Made by a program: the position numbers and the translations under genes. A DNA stretch of 64,000 nt from Eledone cirrhosa (lineage: Eukaryota): NCBI GenBank assembly GCA_964016885.1, contig OZ024740.1:240684001-240748000 (forward strand), given 5' to 3'. The notes beneath the pieces were generated by a model that was given only the letters and a program-made list of their open reading frames with translations, did not search any database and was not told the origin of the DNA. Positions 25,101 to 37,967 of this stretch are shown here, one piece after another; position 1 is the stretch's first letter, and every line of letters starts with the position of its first letter.

Positions 25101-27864
25101 TTACACTACTTTGTCAGTCTATATCCCTCCAAATTCATCAGTTTCTACCACAAATTTAACTCAATTGATCACCATGCCTGATAATTTTAACCTATTTTGA
25201 GGCCAGCCAATACGCTTGTGGCATTACCACGGGTGATGGCGAGGCTAAGACGCTGAACCAACCAAGTACCTTAATGGGCATCATCTGACACCTCAGTAAG
25301 GCGAGCCGCTAACGATGAAAAAAACTTCGCTGTCAGCTGCCAAACTCCACCAAACGTCTTGAACGCCACAGGCTGGAAAAAATAGTTATTTGAAGTGTTC
25401 CCGGTATTTTAGGATTTTATTTCGTTCGGCTACGGAAACAGTGACCCTCACATTTACCGCAACATCCATGATGTGGGAGGAATGAAAAGAGTCACTGGTT
25501 TTGACATCCGAGATGAGACACTGCCTCTTACCCAGGGACAAAGGGTAAGGTCGTCTGGTCTCTTCCCATTACTTCTGGATAATCCAGCCGGCTCTAGAAC
25601 TATATAATATTTTTAATATGTTTGGAATGCTTCTGGAAGTGGGGTGTTAAGAAGTCCGGTTCGAATTATGAGGTTCCAGGTTGAGTCCCACTGCACAGCA
25701 TCCTGGGCCAATGTTTTCTACAATAGCCTCAGGTTGACCAATACTTTGTGAGTGAAATTTAGTATGAATGTATATGAGTATTTATGTCCCGTAACTTAAT
25801 GGTTCGTTAAAATAAGTTCTAGGTCGATATGATCGACTAAAATCTGTTCAGAGCGACGTCCCAACATGGCCGCAGTTTAATAACTGAAATTAGCAGAAGA
25901 AAAAAAGAAAAGAATATACTAATGAGCCCAACAGACAAACAACTGTTGTCGGCTGCTAAAACGAAATATACGCTTTTCGAGTTTGGGAGTTAAAAAAGGT
26001 GAGAATAAAAGAGCAGATAACCCAACTATTACATGGTGACTTTCATAACTTTAAAATATCACTTTTTTCATCTATGTTGTTATTTGGAGTTTTATTGGTG
26101 GAATTTGAGTCGAACACTCGAAAAGTAAGTAGATGTCATAAAAAATATGCATTTTCTTTGTATTGTTTCTTTTTTCCCTTTTGAAATAATTTTGGTCATT
26201 TTAAAGACTAATTAACTGGTCGTTATCTAAACACCCAATGGCTTATAATTTAGCAAGTTATTTTATATATCATGTTGAAATTGTAAATAAAGTGAATCAA
26301 CTATAAATATAAGCTGTAACCAATCTTCGTAATATATTAAGGTAGTGATAGGTTTTAATAAAGTTGTTCATAAGTAAACGAAGTAGCCTATACAGTGTAG
26401 AGTCTACACTGTCGCTCGACCTGCTAGAAATAGAAGACTAATCAAGAAGGATTATTGCCTTTCATCCTTACGCGGTCGATAAAATAAAGTACCAGTAATT
26501 GTGGCCTTGTGCCAAAAGTAGAAACAATTATTCGTGGGTTTAATTTCTGACGTTTAAAATAATTACAAACGAAATTTGATATGTTTGTGTTACTTTATCT
26601 GTAATTTTTTTGTTATTTCATCATACATCTACATTTTAATCTTTGCTATAAAAAAAAAATCAAATAAATCAAGAAGCAGTCTTACAAACGCAGTCTGAAA
26701 CTTTAGGTACTTCACACATTACGTAAACAGGTATGATCGAATGGCTTAGATGCAATTCTTATTGTTTCTAGAATTGGAATTGATGAGTTAATATCTGTAT
26801 ACAACAACTACAACGGTACGCAATGGGGCCCACCCACAGCCCCGGCGGACAATTTATTATGTGACGTCAGTACGATTAAAGAAGCTTATTGCTGGTTTGT
26901 GGCAGAAATTGTAGAGCACTAATGTTTAGTTCCGCTTTGAGTTAAAATCTCGCCGTGATCTATTTTGCTTTTTATCACCCCTAAGCCGATACAATATGTA
27001 ACATTCATATATTGAAGTCAATTACATTCTCTCATTGGGAAGATATTTCAAACGAAAGTAAGTTTAGGGAAAGTGCTCGATTAAAAAATATGAAAATTTT
27101 TGAAATCTTAAAACAGCCCTGTATAAAACCTACAATACTGGCAGTGATAAGGTTACCTCCAATCGATGAGTTATAATAATTTATTGATTGAGTTAAATCT
27201 ACTATTCTAGATATTAGAACAATATTTCCTGGTATCAAAAAGGTATGATCGTAAGTCCAACACTTACTACTCTGCCACACGCTTCCACTATAACTACACA
27301 TGTATAAATATATATTTAATAATATTTATTTCCCGCAACATTTGCATTATCAGGTAACTAAAAGAAAAAAATTCTTTGGGTTGGAATTTCATTATTAGCG
27401 CCCAAATGTAGCTAAGCGACAGAGTGGTTACTAATCTTTTTTGACACTGACAAGCGAAGTGGTAGCCTATGGCATAGATCTGCTGTTCTGGCTACACCGT
27501 ACCTGAGGACTATACTGCATACTTTGACATGCAGTGAAGACCATAGGGTACAGTGTGATAGTCTGGATATGTACTCTTTTTGAAGAGTATTCACCAGAAA
27601 TACTTAGCAATCAAAGGAGATGCTTTGCATATTTGAATGACTGCGGTGGAACCAAATATGTTGGTTTTTGCTATGGAAAGGGCTGTCAACGATTCTATAT
27701 TATTGTGTTTGACATTCTTGTCTTAAAAGTCAAGCATTCATTATATTTCAATTGGTATATTATCAACCTTATTCTCTTTCTCTGTTTAAGTCGATTATTT
27801 TTAAGAGCATTATTATTTGTTAATATCTTATTTTTCTGTTTCAATTTTTAGACACTTGCTCCAA

Positions 27865-29254
27865 ATGGCACAGAGAACTTTACAATTATCTTCTAGATGT
27901 TTTTGTCAAGGATTTTGGCGGCTATTACGTCCTGTTGCTGCACACAAATGCACATTCAAATGTAATAGATTATATTCCAATAAAACATTTCAAAATCGCC
28001 TTCTCAGTTTATCATCAATCCTCTTACAAGATGGACTTGATGTCACAGAATTACCAATATTTATTCGTAAAATGGACCTCAGTAAATTTCCATATGAAAA
28101 TGAAAAAACTATTACACAGGTGAAGCCCATGACAGAAGAAGAAGAATTTTTCCAAGAAAAAATAGAACAATGCAGTAATCTAAAAGAAGTTTTCAAACTA
28201 TTAGAAGTTCCTTCAGATGTGATCACAGGTTATACTGCAGCATTTGCTTTGCAAAAAATATGCCATTTCCAGAGGAATGGTTCTGTTGGTGAAACTGTTG
28301 ATTCCTTCATACAAACAGCAGTAATGAATGAACTTTATGAAATGGTGAAAAAAGAAGTAACCACTTTAAGTAATAGCACATTATTCTGTCTTGTGCGTTG
28401 CATCCTTACATCAGATTACAATGTAATGGGAGAGACTCGGTTTTTGTTTGAAGAAATAGAAAACCGTATTAGTAACAGTAAATTCAGTATTGTAGAACTA
28501 TGTGAATTGAGTTGCATTGCTTCATTTCATTCACAACATACACTTATAGAGACCTGTTGGATTCATATTGGAAACCGTTATGATGAGATTGATGTAAGTA
28601 ACATCCAACTAATTTTTCGATGTATTCCTACATGCAAAAAACCATTAATGAAACTAATTCGGAAGAAATTTATTATGCGTTGGTGGAAACTGAAAGGGTC
28701 AGATGTTGCTAGTATTGTCTTAGATATGCTTCGTTTGAAAATGAATGATATAAAAATGCTACAATGTATTGGAAAATGGACCCATATGAATATACATGAT
28801 TTGAATGATGCTCATTTAACTCAAATTATTGCTGGATTTTTGCATTTTCAATATACTGAAGCAAGTATTATAAAATCTCTTGAGCGATATATCCCTGCTA
28901 AAATTATGAAAATTGATTATAATCTACTGGCTTTAGCAATGGAATATTGTCGAGCACAACGTTATTTGTCTCCTTTGTTATTTGACATTGTTGCAGAAGA
29001 CTTCATAAAAAATGGACAAAATTATACATGCTTACAGATTTATTCTATTCTTCGTCCCTATGGGCAATTAAATTATTTGCCAACTGAAAGTACCAAGTTT
29101 TTTTTGAAAACGGAAGAAGTTCTGCAATCTAAAATATCTGATTTTACACTTCCAAATATTGTAGAGCTTTTGTGTTCTTTTGCATTTTTACAACGTTATC
29201 CTCTCAACTTCTCTCATCTTATACTTACGCCATCGTTTCTAACCAAAATTCAAA
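27865..29254 (+). CDS. FASTKD3: FASTKD3-like gene, large first coding exon
   Basis: Long ORF after a ttttag acceptor (27851). Basic/hydrophobic N-terminus resembling a mitochondrial presequence, helical repeats, FAST-like PYGQLNYLP and LLCSFAFLQRYPLNF; GTAAGT donor at 29255. Paralog assignment is inferred from the large-exon structure and RAP sequence. Confidence 0.85.
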
Positions 29255-29270
29255 GTAAGTATTTTGAATA

Positions 29271-29922
29271 TCTATATATATATATATATAAAACTGAGGA
29301 TGTGTGTGTGTGTGTTGTGAGTTTGAATCCCTAAAACTCGAGAAGTACTCAACCGATTTTTTTCAAACTTTACATGTGTATTACTTATGTTTCAGGGAGT
29401 GTTATGCACATAAAAAAATTTAACTTTTTGATTCCCTAGGGCCCACATTAGGTGAAAAACTGCATTTTTTTCAGATTTTTAGGGGTTTTTTGAGGCGTTA
29501 CGTCAGACCGATTTCCTTGAAATTGTAACTATGTATTAGTCAGTCTCTTATTCATACCGTGAGAAAAGAAAATCCAACTTTTTTATGGCCTAGCGCCCGC
29601 ATTAGGTGAAAAACTTCAATTTTTAAAGCTTTTTAGGGCTTTTTGGAGGCGTTACATCTAGCCGATTTTTCCCGAAATTTCAAAGCATATTATGCACATA
29701 AAAAAAAATTCATTTTCTTGATCCCCCTAGGGCCCGCATTAGGTGAAAACCTGCATTTTTCCTGCTTCATCAAGGAAAATCTTAAAGATTATCCAGCCAT
29801 CAGAGTATTCAGTTTATTTTCTTTACATATTGTCCAGGCATGCAATTTTTTCACGATTAGGTCTGTTGGCGGTCCGCGTTCCAAAATACCTTATCCCGTG
29901 CAACGCTGGGTACCACTGCTAG
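29271..29922 (+). mobile_element. Non-autonomous Helitron-like element
   Basis: 5' TC(TA)n start, subterminal hairpin CCCGTGCAACGCTGGG, 3' CTAG, A|T insertion site, no TSD; three copies. Confidence 0.85.
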
Positions 29923-30656
29923 TATATACTAATTATACGCTTGTTAGTGTCTTAGTCGTAGTTTGTGGAAGGAAACAACTCCAACTTTATTGGAGTTATC
30001 TCCCCTGGTTATTATAAACCTGAGTAATATTACATTTGTTATTAATTGTCAGTTAAATAGCATTATTTTTATTGCAAATATACAAATGAAACACTTGTTA
30101 TGCCTTATTTTAATTTAAGTTCTTCTTCGCCCACTTATAGTCGTGAGGGCAGAGTTCTCAAACACTCCTTCCAGCGGGTCCTGTCAGAAGCAACCGTCTC
30201 CAAGTGAGACTAGCCAAGCTCATGGATGTTATCCAACTATCTTGTTCAGAGTCTACCCTTGTAACTCCTGCCCGTTGGTTCAGCCTGTAAAATCTGTAGA
30301 GCGATTCTTTCTTGAGACATTCTAACCACATGCCCATAGTATCGGAGCTGTGATCTCTCAATTTGGAGAAGTAGTGGCTTTACCTGGAGTGACTCTGATC
30401 TCCCAGCTACGCACACTATTGGGTAATGTTACTCTGAGGACCCTTCGGAGTTACTCTATTTTAGCTGCTTGTATTCGCAGTTGTATTCTTTCAGTTATTA
30501 CCCAAGATTCATGACCATAGCTAATGATTAGCATGAATACCGAATTGAAGATAGCTTTTATGCCTACTTCTCTTCTACTGAATACTGAAGTTGGTGCATT
30601 ACTGCACCAACTCTTGCAACTCTTGCTTTGGTTTAAATTAAATTTGAAAATTATTA

Positions 30657-30950
30657 TTCATCATCATCATTCTACGTCCGCTTTTCTCTGCTTGCAAGGG
30701 TGGGACGGGTCTTATTCAGCACAGCATCTCTCCACTTGTCACGGTCCTTTGTCATCTCCACCGTGAACTTCAGCGATCTGAGGTCTGTTCTCACCACCTT
30801 CGCCCATATTTTTCATGGTCTACCTCTACCACGTCTTCCTTCAACTGGCATTTCCTGGCACTTCTTCACCCATCAGTCATCCTCCATGTGCATCACATGT
30901 CCATACCACCTCAGTCTCCTCTCTCGCACACTACATTCTATCCCTATTCT
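30657..30950 (-). mobile_element. RTE family 2 3' end
   Basis: Same sequence as 36038-36290 on the opposite strand. Confidence 0.85.
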
Positions 30951-33582
30951 TTTCATTAATTTGTATAAGCACCATGAAATTTGAAAAAGTAATAATTCTT
31001 GTACCTATGTAACATTGTCTGCTATTACCCATTACACACAGTAGAATAATGTATTCTCAACTTTACCTGTTATATGACAGGTGATAGTTAAGTATGTATA
31101 TATCATCATCATCATTTAACTTCTGTGTTGCTTGCTACCTCTTCGATGGGCCATGGGCCTACATCTCACTTACATATGTTCCTCTGCTCAACTGAGTACA
31201 TTTTATTATGACATCAGCATTAGAGAGGTTATCATGACCCTTTGTCTGGCAGCGTTTCTACAGCTGGATGCCCTTCCACTTTACAAGGTGTACTGAATGT
31301 GTTTATTGTGTAGATCGCCAACATTAGGCAGGTTGACCCTTTGTTTGGCAAGCTTTCTATAGCTAGATGCTCTTCCTATCACCAATCACATTACACTACG
31401 TACTCATGCATTTATAATGTCAATCACCTACACTAGAGATACATATGCACCTATAAAACACAGATCTATATACAACTAATTACTTATTTTTTTCAAAGGA
31501 ATGTTGGTTGTCAAGATGATGAAAGAGTTTTCATGAATATTTCCTTCAATGCAGTAGCTCGTTAACCTAAGATAATGAGGTTCCTATTTAATGAACTCGG
31601 TAATTAATTATGAAGTGCTCTATAGTGAACTGTATCTCTCAATGGTACTAATTTACAGTTAGAGTAACTAGACTGGTGAGAGTAAAGCGCCTTTGTCTGA
31701 AATATACTGCAATGCTACAATTTGACAAAGACATGGAGGCACTTGTAATCGAAAGGTTGTGAGTTCAATTCACAGACCGGGTGATGTGTTGTTTCCTTGA
31801 GCAAGACACTTTATTTCCCATTGCTCCAGTTTACTCAGCTGTAGAATTGAGATAAGGACTGGGGTCCCTATCATTCCACTGTAAAGTGGTCGTGGAGGTG
31901 CCACGGCAAAAAAAGCACCCTGCACTCACTGTAAATGAGGTTGGTGTTAGGAAGGGCATCCAGCTGTAGAAATCAAGCCAGAATCAGTTCCCGTCCCACC
32001 CTTGGAAGCAGGGAAAAGCGGACGTAAAATGAAATGATGATGATTATGACATGACAACTATCCTAGTGCTGATGCCATGATAAAATGTACTCGGTAGAGT
32101 GCAGGAACATATATAAGGAATATATATATACTGAAAGGTCAGTAACTCTGCTTGAGTACTGACTCAGTGAAGACCAGTCTAACCCTTGATAGCATGGAAA
32201 ATGGACGTTAAATGATAATGATGATATATATATATATATATATAAAACAAACTTTTAATGTTTATTTAAACTGATCTATTTTATACAAATTGTGAACTAC
32301 TTTGAAGAAATTAGCTCTATGAATTTTAACAAACTAAGAAATATATATATATATACACACATGTAAATGTGGTTGGTGTTAGGAAGGGCATCCAGCTGTA
32401 AAATACCCAGCCAAATTTACAGTCCCCACCAGAGCAAGGTGCGACATGGCTAATCATATATATACCCCAGATGAATAGTTCTGAAAGCCCATGAGGGAAT
32501 CTCTAAGTGTTCGCTTGGTTTGCAAGAAGTAGCAGCTAAATCTACCTAAAATAATACCTTTTCACTGTAAAAAAGGAGTGAATTATATTATTTAGTTCAA
32601 GGTTGGAAAAATAATGGCACAATGGTTACAGGTGGCATTTCTTTGATTATAGGCCTGCTCATTCATGGCTCAAATGAGGGGAAAACAATAACAATAGTTC
32701 TCTGTTAAGCTATCTTTTATTATATCATTATCATCGTCTATTTTCCATGTTTGCATGGGTTAGATAGCTGTCCCATGCTGAGGCCTGACCAGTCAGGTAA
32801 TTTCGTCTTGCTAGTGCAGTTTGTTTTGGCTTGGTTTCTATGGATGGATACCCTTCCTAACACCAATCACTTTACAGTGTGTACTAGGAGCATCGTTTCT
32901 TTGGCTGGATGGCCTCCCTACCACCAACTACTTTACGTGTCCAGGATCATTTTTATTGTGACTCCGACACTACCACCTTACAGGGTGGGCTTGGTGCTTT
33001 TTATTGTGGCATCAGCACTACTATCTTACAGAGTGGACTGGATGCTTTTCATTGCAGCACCAGCAACACCTCATTACAGCACTAACGGACTTAGTAGAGT
33101 TTGAGCTGAGGTAGAAGCATCACATTGCCAGTGAAGTCGGGTCATAGAAGTGGATGTGTAGTGTACCTTGTTTCCCTTAATGGCCTAAAAGGGGGAATTT
33201 ATATACTACTTGCTGTTAGGATGGGGATCATGGGCATTGGAAAAAGTGGATGGCTGATTTCTATCATTTCAGTGATATTATAATTTGAATGTTAGGATAT
33301 TACTGGTTTTTACTTTATTAATCTCTTGGAGATTAATAAATCTCTAGTGGCTGATCAGAAATCTGTAGTGATATGTTTAATATAAAACACAAAATTAAGA
33401 TTAAAAATGAGAAAATGTGTTGGTGATGAGAACTCATGCCATTTTGTTATGAATTTTTACATCAACCTGGATCCTTGAATGCTGCTGCAGATGCACTATC
33501 ACATGACTTTCTGCTACTCTGGTGTTGCAAGATGGATGCATTTTGTACAGATACAAAATCTATGTTTAGTGGATAACATTAA

Positions 33583-33787
33583 CCCTTTAACATTTACATT
33601 ACTCTTTATATGATATTGTATTTTCACAGTAAAGGCTTTATTTCATATAATATTGAACCTACAAGATTTTGATATATATTTTGAGATCAATACCTTAACA
33701 TAAGTATGAGCAGCCAGTTATGACCGGTTGGAAGAGAAAGAAGTGAGAGAATTCTGGCCGGATATGGTCAGTTTAATTGCTAAAGGG
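33583..33787. mobile_element. piggyBac-like TTAA MITE
   Basis: Same TIRs and TTAA TSD as 498-717. Confidence 0.83.
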
Positions 33788-33989
33788 TTAAATAAGCTTT
33801 TCCTGGTTGCTGTATTTGTCAAAAGCCTTGATACTATAACTAGTATTTGACCACACAAAGGTTGCCTAGTAACAATTATTTGTTGATTGTTGATGAATTC
33901 TCTCATTTTCCATTTGCTTGCCTTTGTTGCAACATTTCTTTTATTGACTCATTTCTTATTTGATCATATTATTTTCTACCTTCATTTAG

Positions 33990-34335
33990 GCACATGGCTT
34001 AGTGGTTAGAGCATTGGCCTTGCAATCGAAAGGTTGTGAGTTCAATTCTCAGACCGAGTGATGTGTTGTTTCCTTGAGCAAGACACTTTATTTCACATTG
34101 CTCCAGTTTACTCAGCTGTAGAAATGAGATGATAGGGACTGGGGTCCATATCATTCCACTGCAAAGTGGTCGTGGAGGTGCCACGGCAAAAAAGCACCCA
34201 GCACTCACTGTAAATGAGGTTGGTGTTAGGAAGGGCATCCAGCTGTAGAAATCAAGCCAGCATCAGTTCCCGTCCCACCCTTGCAAGCAGGGAAAAAGCG
34301 GACATAAAATGAAATGATGATGAATGATGAATGAT
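33990..34335 (+). mobile_element. Chimeric tRNA-head SINE with RTE-derived tail (other copies 31745-32045, 53218-53572)
   Basis: A box TGGCTTAGTGG, B box GTTCAATTC, CCTTGAGCAAGACACTT core, then RTE 3' UTR and (ATG)n. Confidence 0.85.
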
Positions 34336-34935
34336 TTACTGGATATATAACTCATATTGAAGAACTTCCTGAAGTCTTTTTTGCATATTAAGGATGCCCT
34401 AATTAGTTGCTCAATTCCATATCACCCCACCAGAAATGGACAGTGTGTTATGTTGGTATTGTCTGGAAAAGGTTATTAACATTAGAATCCAAGCGTTTAC
34501 CTATCCCCACATGGGAGTCTGTTTTACCTGATGTCTTACATTCAGTATGGTTCTTCTTGTGTTCCTTTACAAACACAACACCATATGGATATATTTTTAT
34601 CTTACCTTGACCAGAAAAGTTCTGTTGAAGAGATACATCTATAATAAGAATGACCCTTTAGTCCAAGAAATTCAACCATTGGACTTAAGTCTCCAATATG
34701 CTCACGTTCATTTTCTCAGTGGTCAAAATATATTGTAGTAATAAAGGGCTGCTTTTGATCATAGCTCTACTTGAACAAGTAATCCATTTCTGGTGAAAAT
34801 AATCATTTCCTTATTTTGCAATTATCTCTTTCACAATATCTCTCTTTTTCAATAGTCTTATAATGAGAGTTTTTATTGTCCTTTTTCTGTTGTCTGTTCT
34901 TCAGAGTTTGAAACATTTAATTCTTAAATTTTCAG

Positions 34936-35061
34936 GTATCAGTAATGGAAAAGTACAGACTATGGTTGGAGAATGGCTTGAGATGCTACAGTCGGCTTTA
35001 CTCTTGGAAACTAAACACCACAACATACCTTTCAGATTTAAGTTACCAAACCAATTAAAAT
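34936..35061 (+). CDS. FASTKD3: FASTKD3-like exon 2
   Basis: cag/gtaatt bounded; ISNGKVQTMVGEWLEMLQSALLLETKHHNIP (FAST-like LxxLxxxxxLE); phase 1 to 1. Confidence 0.78.
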
Positions 35062-35411
35062 GTAATTTTATAATATTCATGTAAATTGTATTATTCCAAC
35101 ATTATCATCATCATCAAGCTGTCATATTTTTAATAAGTGTATCAAAATTTTAAAATTAAATTTATATTAGGTGTAAAATATAGTTTTGATAATCATATTA
35201 TATAGTAAAATGCTTATGTGGTTATGTGAAAACCCATTACTGTTTTCAGTTAGTATTTGAAATGTTTTATGCTGCTTACACTGTGATGGGTTCAAAATAT
35301 GTCATGCTTGCCAAGCCCTGGATTTTTAAAGTTACACACATATTTCTACTGTTGGTGATGCTTGTCAATATGCTGCATTGATTTATTCTTCTTCTCAAAC
35401 TCTGCTAATTT

Positions 35412-35600
35412 AATTGTTTCTACTTTTGGCACAAGGCCAGCAATTACCCAGTAGATTACTGGTACTTTATTTTATCGATCCCATAAGGATGAAAGGCAAA
35501 GTTAACCTCGGCGGAATTTGAACTCAGAATGGCAAGGGCCGTAACTCTATACGTCAAAGCATGGCGTCTGACTCTCTACCGATACCACCAATTCACCGCC
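35412..35600 (-). mobile_element. SINE family A
   Basis: Reverse complement of the family A consensus. Confidence 0.85.
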
Positions 35601-36037
35601 ACTCTGCTAATTTAATGAAGCATTATTATCTCCAGGAATTCCATGTGTATGTGTGTGTAATTGATTAAACACTTCTAATCTGGTATCAAGTACTCTTGAT
35701 TTTTTATATATGTTATATATATAATTAGTTACAACATACTAAACTTGTCCTATGGACTGAATGTTCATATAGACAGTCAATCAACAAGATCCCAGACCTC
35801 ATTCGCTTAATGAGTGGGGTGAGGCTTGTCAAATCGGACCAAGGAAACAATGTTTCTATTGGTATGGCCAATTGCTAATACTATCTGTCAGTTGCAAATC
35901 CAGGCAGAAGGAGCAACGTGAAAATAAAGTGCCTTGCTTAAGGACATAACGCATCGCCCGGTCCGGGAATCAAAATTACAACTGTGAATCCAATTCTCTA
36001 ACCACTCAGCCTTCACAGTGCTCATGTATATATATAC

Positions 36038-36290
36038 TATGGACATGTGATGCGCATGGAGGATGACCGATGGGTGAAGAAGTGCCAGGAATTGCCAGTT
36101 GAAGGAAGACGTGGTAGAGGTAGACCACGAAAAACATGGGCGGAGGTGGTGAGAACAGACCTCAGATCATTGAAGCTCACGGTGGAGATGACGAAGGACC
36201 GTGACGAATGGAGAGATGCTGTGCTGAATAAGACCCGTCCCACCCTTGCAAGCAGGGAAAAGCGGACGTAAAATGATGATGATGATGATG
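36038..36290 (+). mobile_element. RTE family 2 3' end
   Basis: YGHVMRMEDDRWVKKC...LASREKRT-stop followed by (ATG)n. Confidence 0.9.
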
Positions 36291-36599
36291 ATATTGTAGA
36301 AATGGGTGTAATTATTGATACAGGTGATTCATCAGTTAAAGCACTTAATGCTATTTCATGGGAGGGCTAAGGTGGCTGTAATGTGCTGAGTATAGATACA
36401 AGTATACACCATAAATTAACTTTATTGCATACTTTATTGCAACTGTTAGAATGAGTTATGCACCTATGAATGCATATTTGATGAGAAGTTGGTGAAGAGT
36501 CAGGCCTCAAAGAAGATTATAATTGAAATCAGAGCTGATCAATATCAAAACAATTGTAATATACAATAAAGTTCATTTATGGTGCAAACTTGACTTCTA

Positions 36600-36636
36600 T
36601 ATGTATATATATATATTTATATATATATATATACAA

Positions 36637-36673
<37 letters not shown>
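36600..36673. repeat. (AT)n microsatellite (others at ~780-812, 52855-52878)
   Basis: Read directly from the sequence. Confidence 0.9.
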
Positions 36674-36676
<3 letters not shown>

Positions 36677-36799
36677 TCATCATCATCATCGTTTAACGTC
36701 TATCTTCCACGCTAGCATGGGTTTAGATGGGCGTGTATGCAAAATACAAACAAATAACAAAGCAAAAGACACAGAACAATGAATAAATATATTATTAGT

Positions 36800-36845
36800 T
36801 TTATGCCTAACGTTTCGGACACTAGTCTTTCATCAGAAAATAGAA
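36800..36845 (-). ncRNA. Degenerate minimal hammerhead motif
   Basis: CTGATGA-AAGAC-TAGT-GTCC-GAAACGTT on the - strand; helix I is poor. Confidence 0.45.
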
Positions 36846-37432
36846 TGAGAAATTAAAGAAGAAAAATAGAAAGATAGAAGAGAGTGGGCAATGACAGAAA
36901 TGAAAAAAACATTTTTTGAGAAAAAACAGGTCACTTCATGTTGCCATCTCTTATACAGTCATACACATTAACAATGTACTAGTTTTCTGTCCTGTCTTTT
37001 TCTGATGACAATTTGCATGCATCTCATCTTTTTAATGCTATAGAAATTGGTGTTAAACAAAACTGTGGATCCTTGTGATTTGCAGGTAGTTTTGATGTGT
37101 TTGTGTAATTACATATGTCTGTAATAGATATAAAATAATAAATAGACTCAAGCAGGTATGTTTGAGTGTGTGTATGTGGATGGCTCTACTGTACTGAGTC
37201 TGTTACCTCAGTTTGGGTTCTGGTTGTAAATCTTTCAGTTACTCTACCAATAACATTAGGAAAGACACGTAGTCCATGACGCCTGCTCTTTTACCCTTCA
37301 AACTCAATGAAGGCAATCATCTGTCTACAGGAATATTTCTGATAAACAAAAAAGTCAAATATGCTATTACTCTACAAGAGTGTGGGGCAGATATTCTTCC
37401 TTGCTTGCTAACATAGTGAACAGATGTTAAAT

Positions 37433-37464
<32 letters not shown>

Positions 37465-37856
37465 CTCTCTCTCTCTCTTTCTCTCTAGTGCAAACTCATT
37501 ATCTTAAAGATAGCATATTTATCTTGTTGCATTGATGTATATATATATATGATAAAGAAACAGACCAACAGACAAATAGATAGGTAGATAGATTATTAAA
37601 TGTAGATAGATAGAAAGATGGACAGACAGTTATTTCAATAGATATAGAAAGGTAGATGATAGATCAATAGATTAAGATAGATACATTAATAAAAAGGTAG
37701 AAAGATAGATAGACGGACAGTTAATTAAAAAAAAGACAGACAATATAAATACATTCTTTACATAATATAAAACTATTTTATTCTATGAAAAAAAAATTTT
37801 AATTTCTATTTCAGAACAAAAATGATAATAAATATACAACTTTTTTTTTCATCCAG

Positions 37857-37967
37857 GCATACCTAATACAGTTCTTCATCGAAATGTTTTGAAACATCTT
37901 AATCATATCATTGGTTTTGATAAAGTAGATACTGCTAAAATGGCTAAAAAATCAATATATATGATAG
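37857..37967 (+). CDS. FASTKD3: FASTKD3-like exon 3
   Basis: cag/gtttgt bounded; IPNTVLHRNVLKHLNHIIGFDKVDTAKMAKKSIYMI, joining the next exon as YMIDFEI. Confidence 0.82.

Noticed and set aside
27507-27517. U3 snoRNA start (GACTATACT)
   Set aside because: The match ends after 9 nt and no downstream U3 boxes are present.
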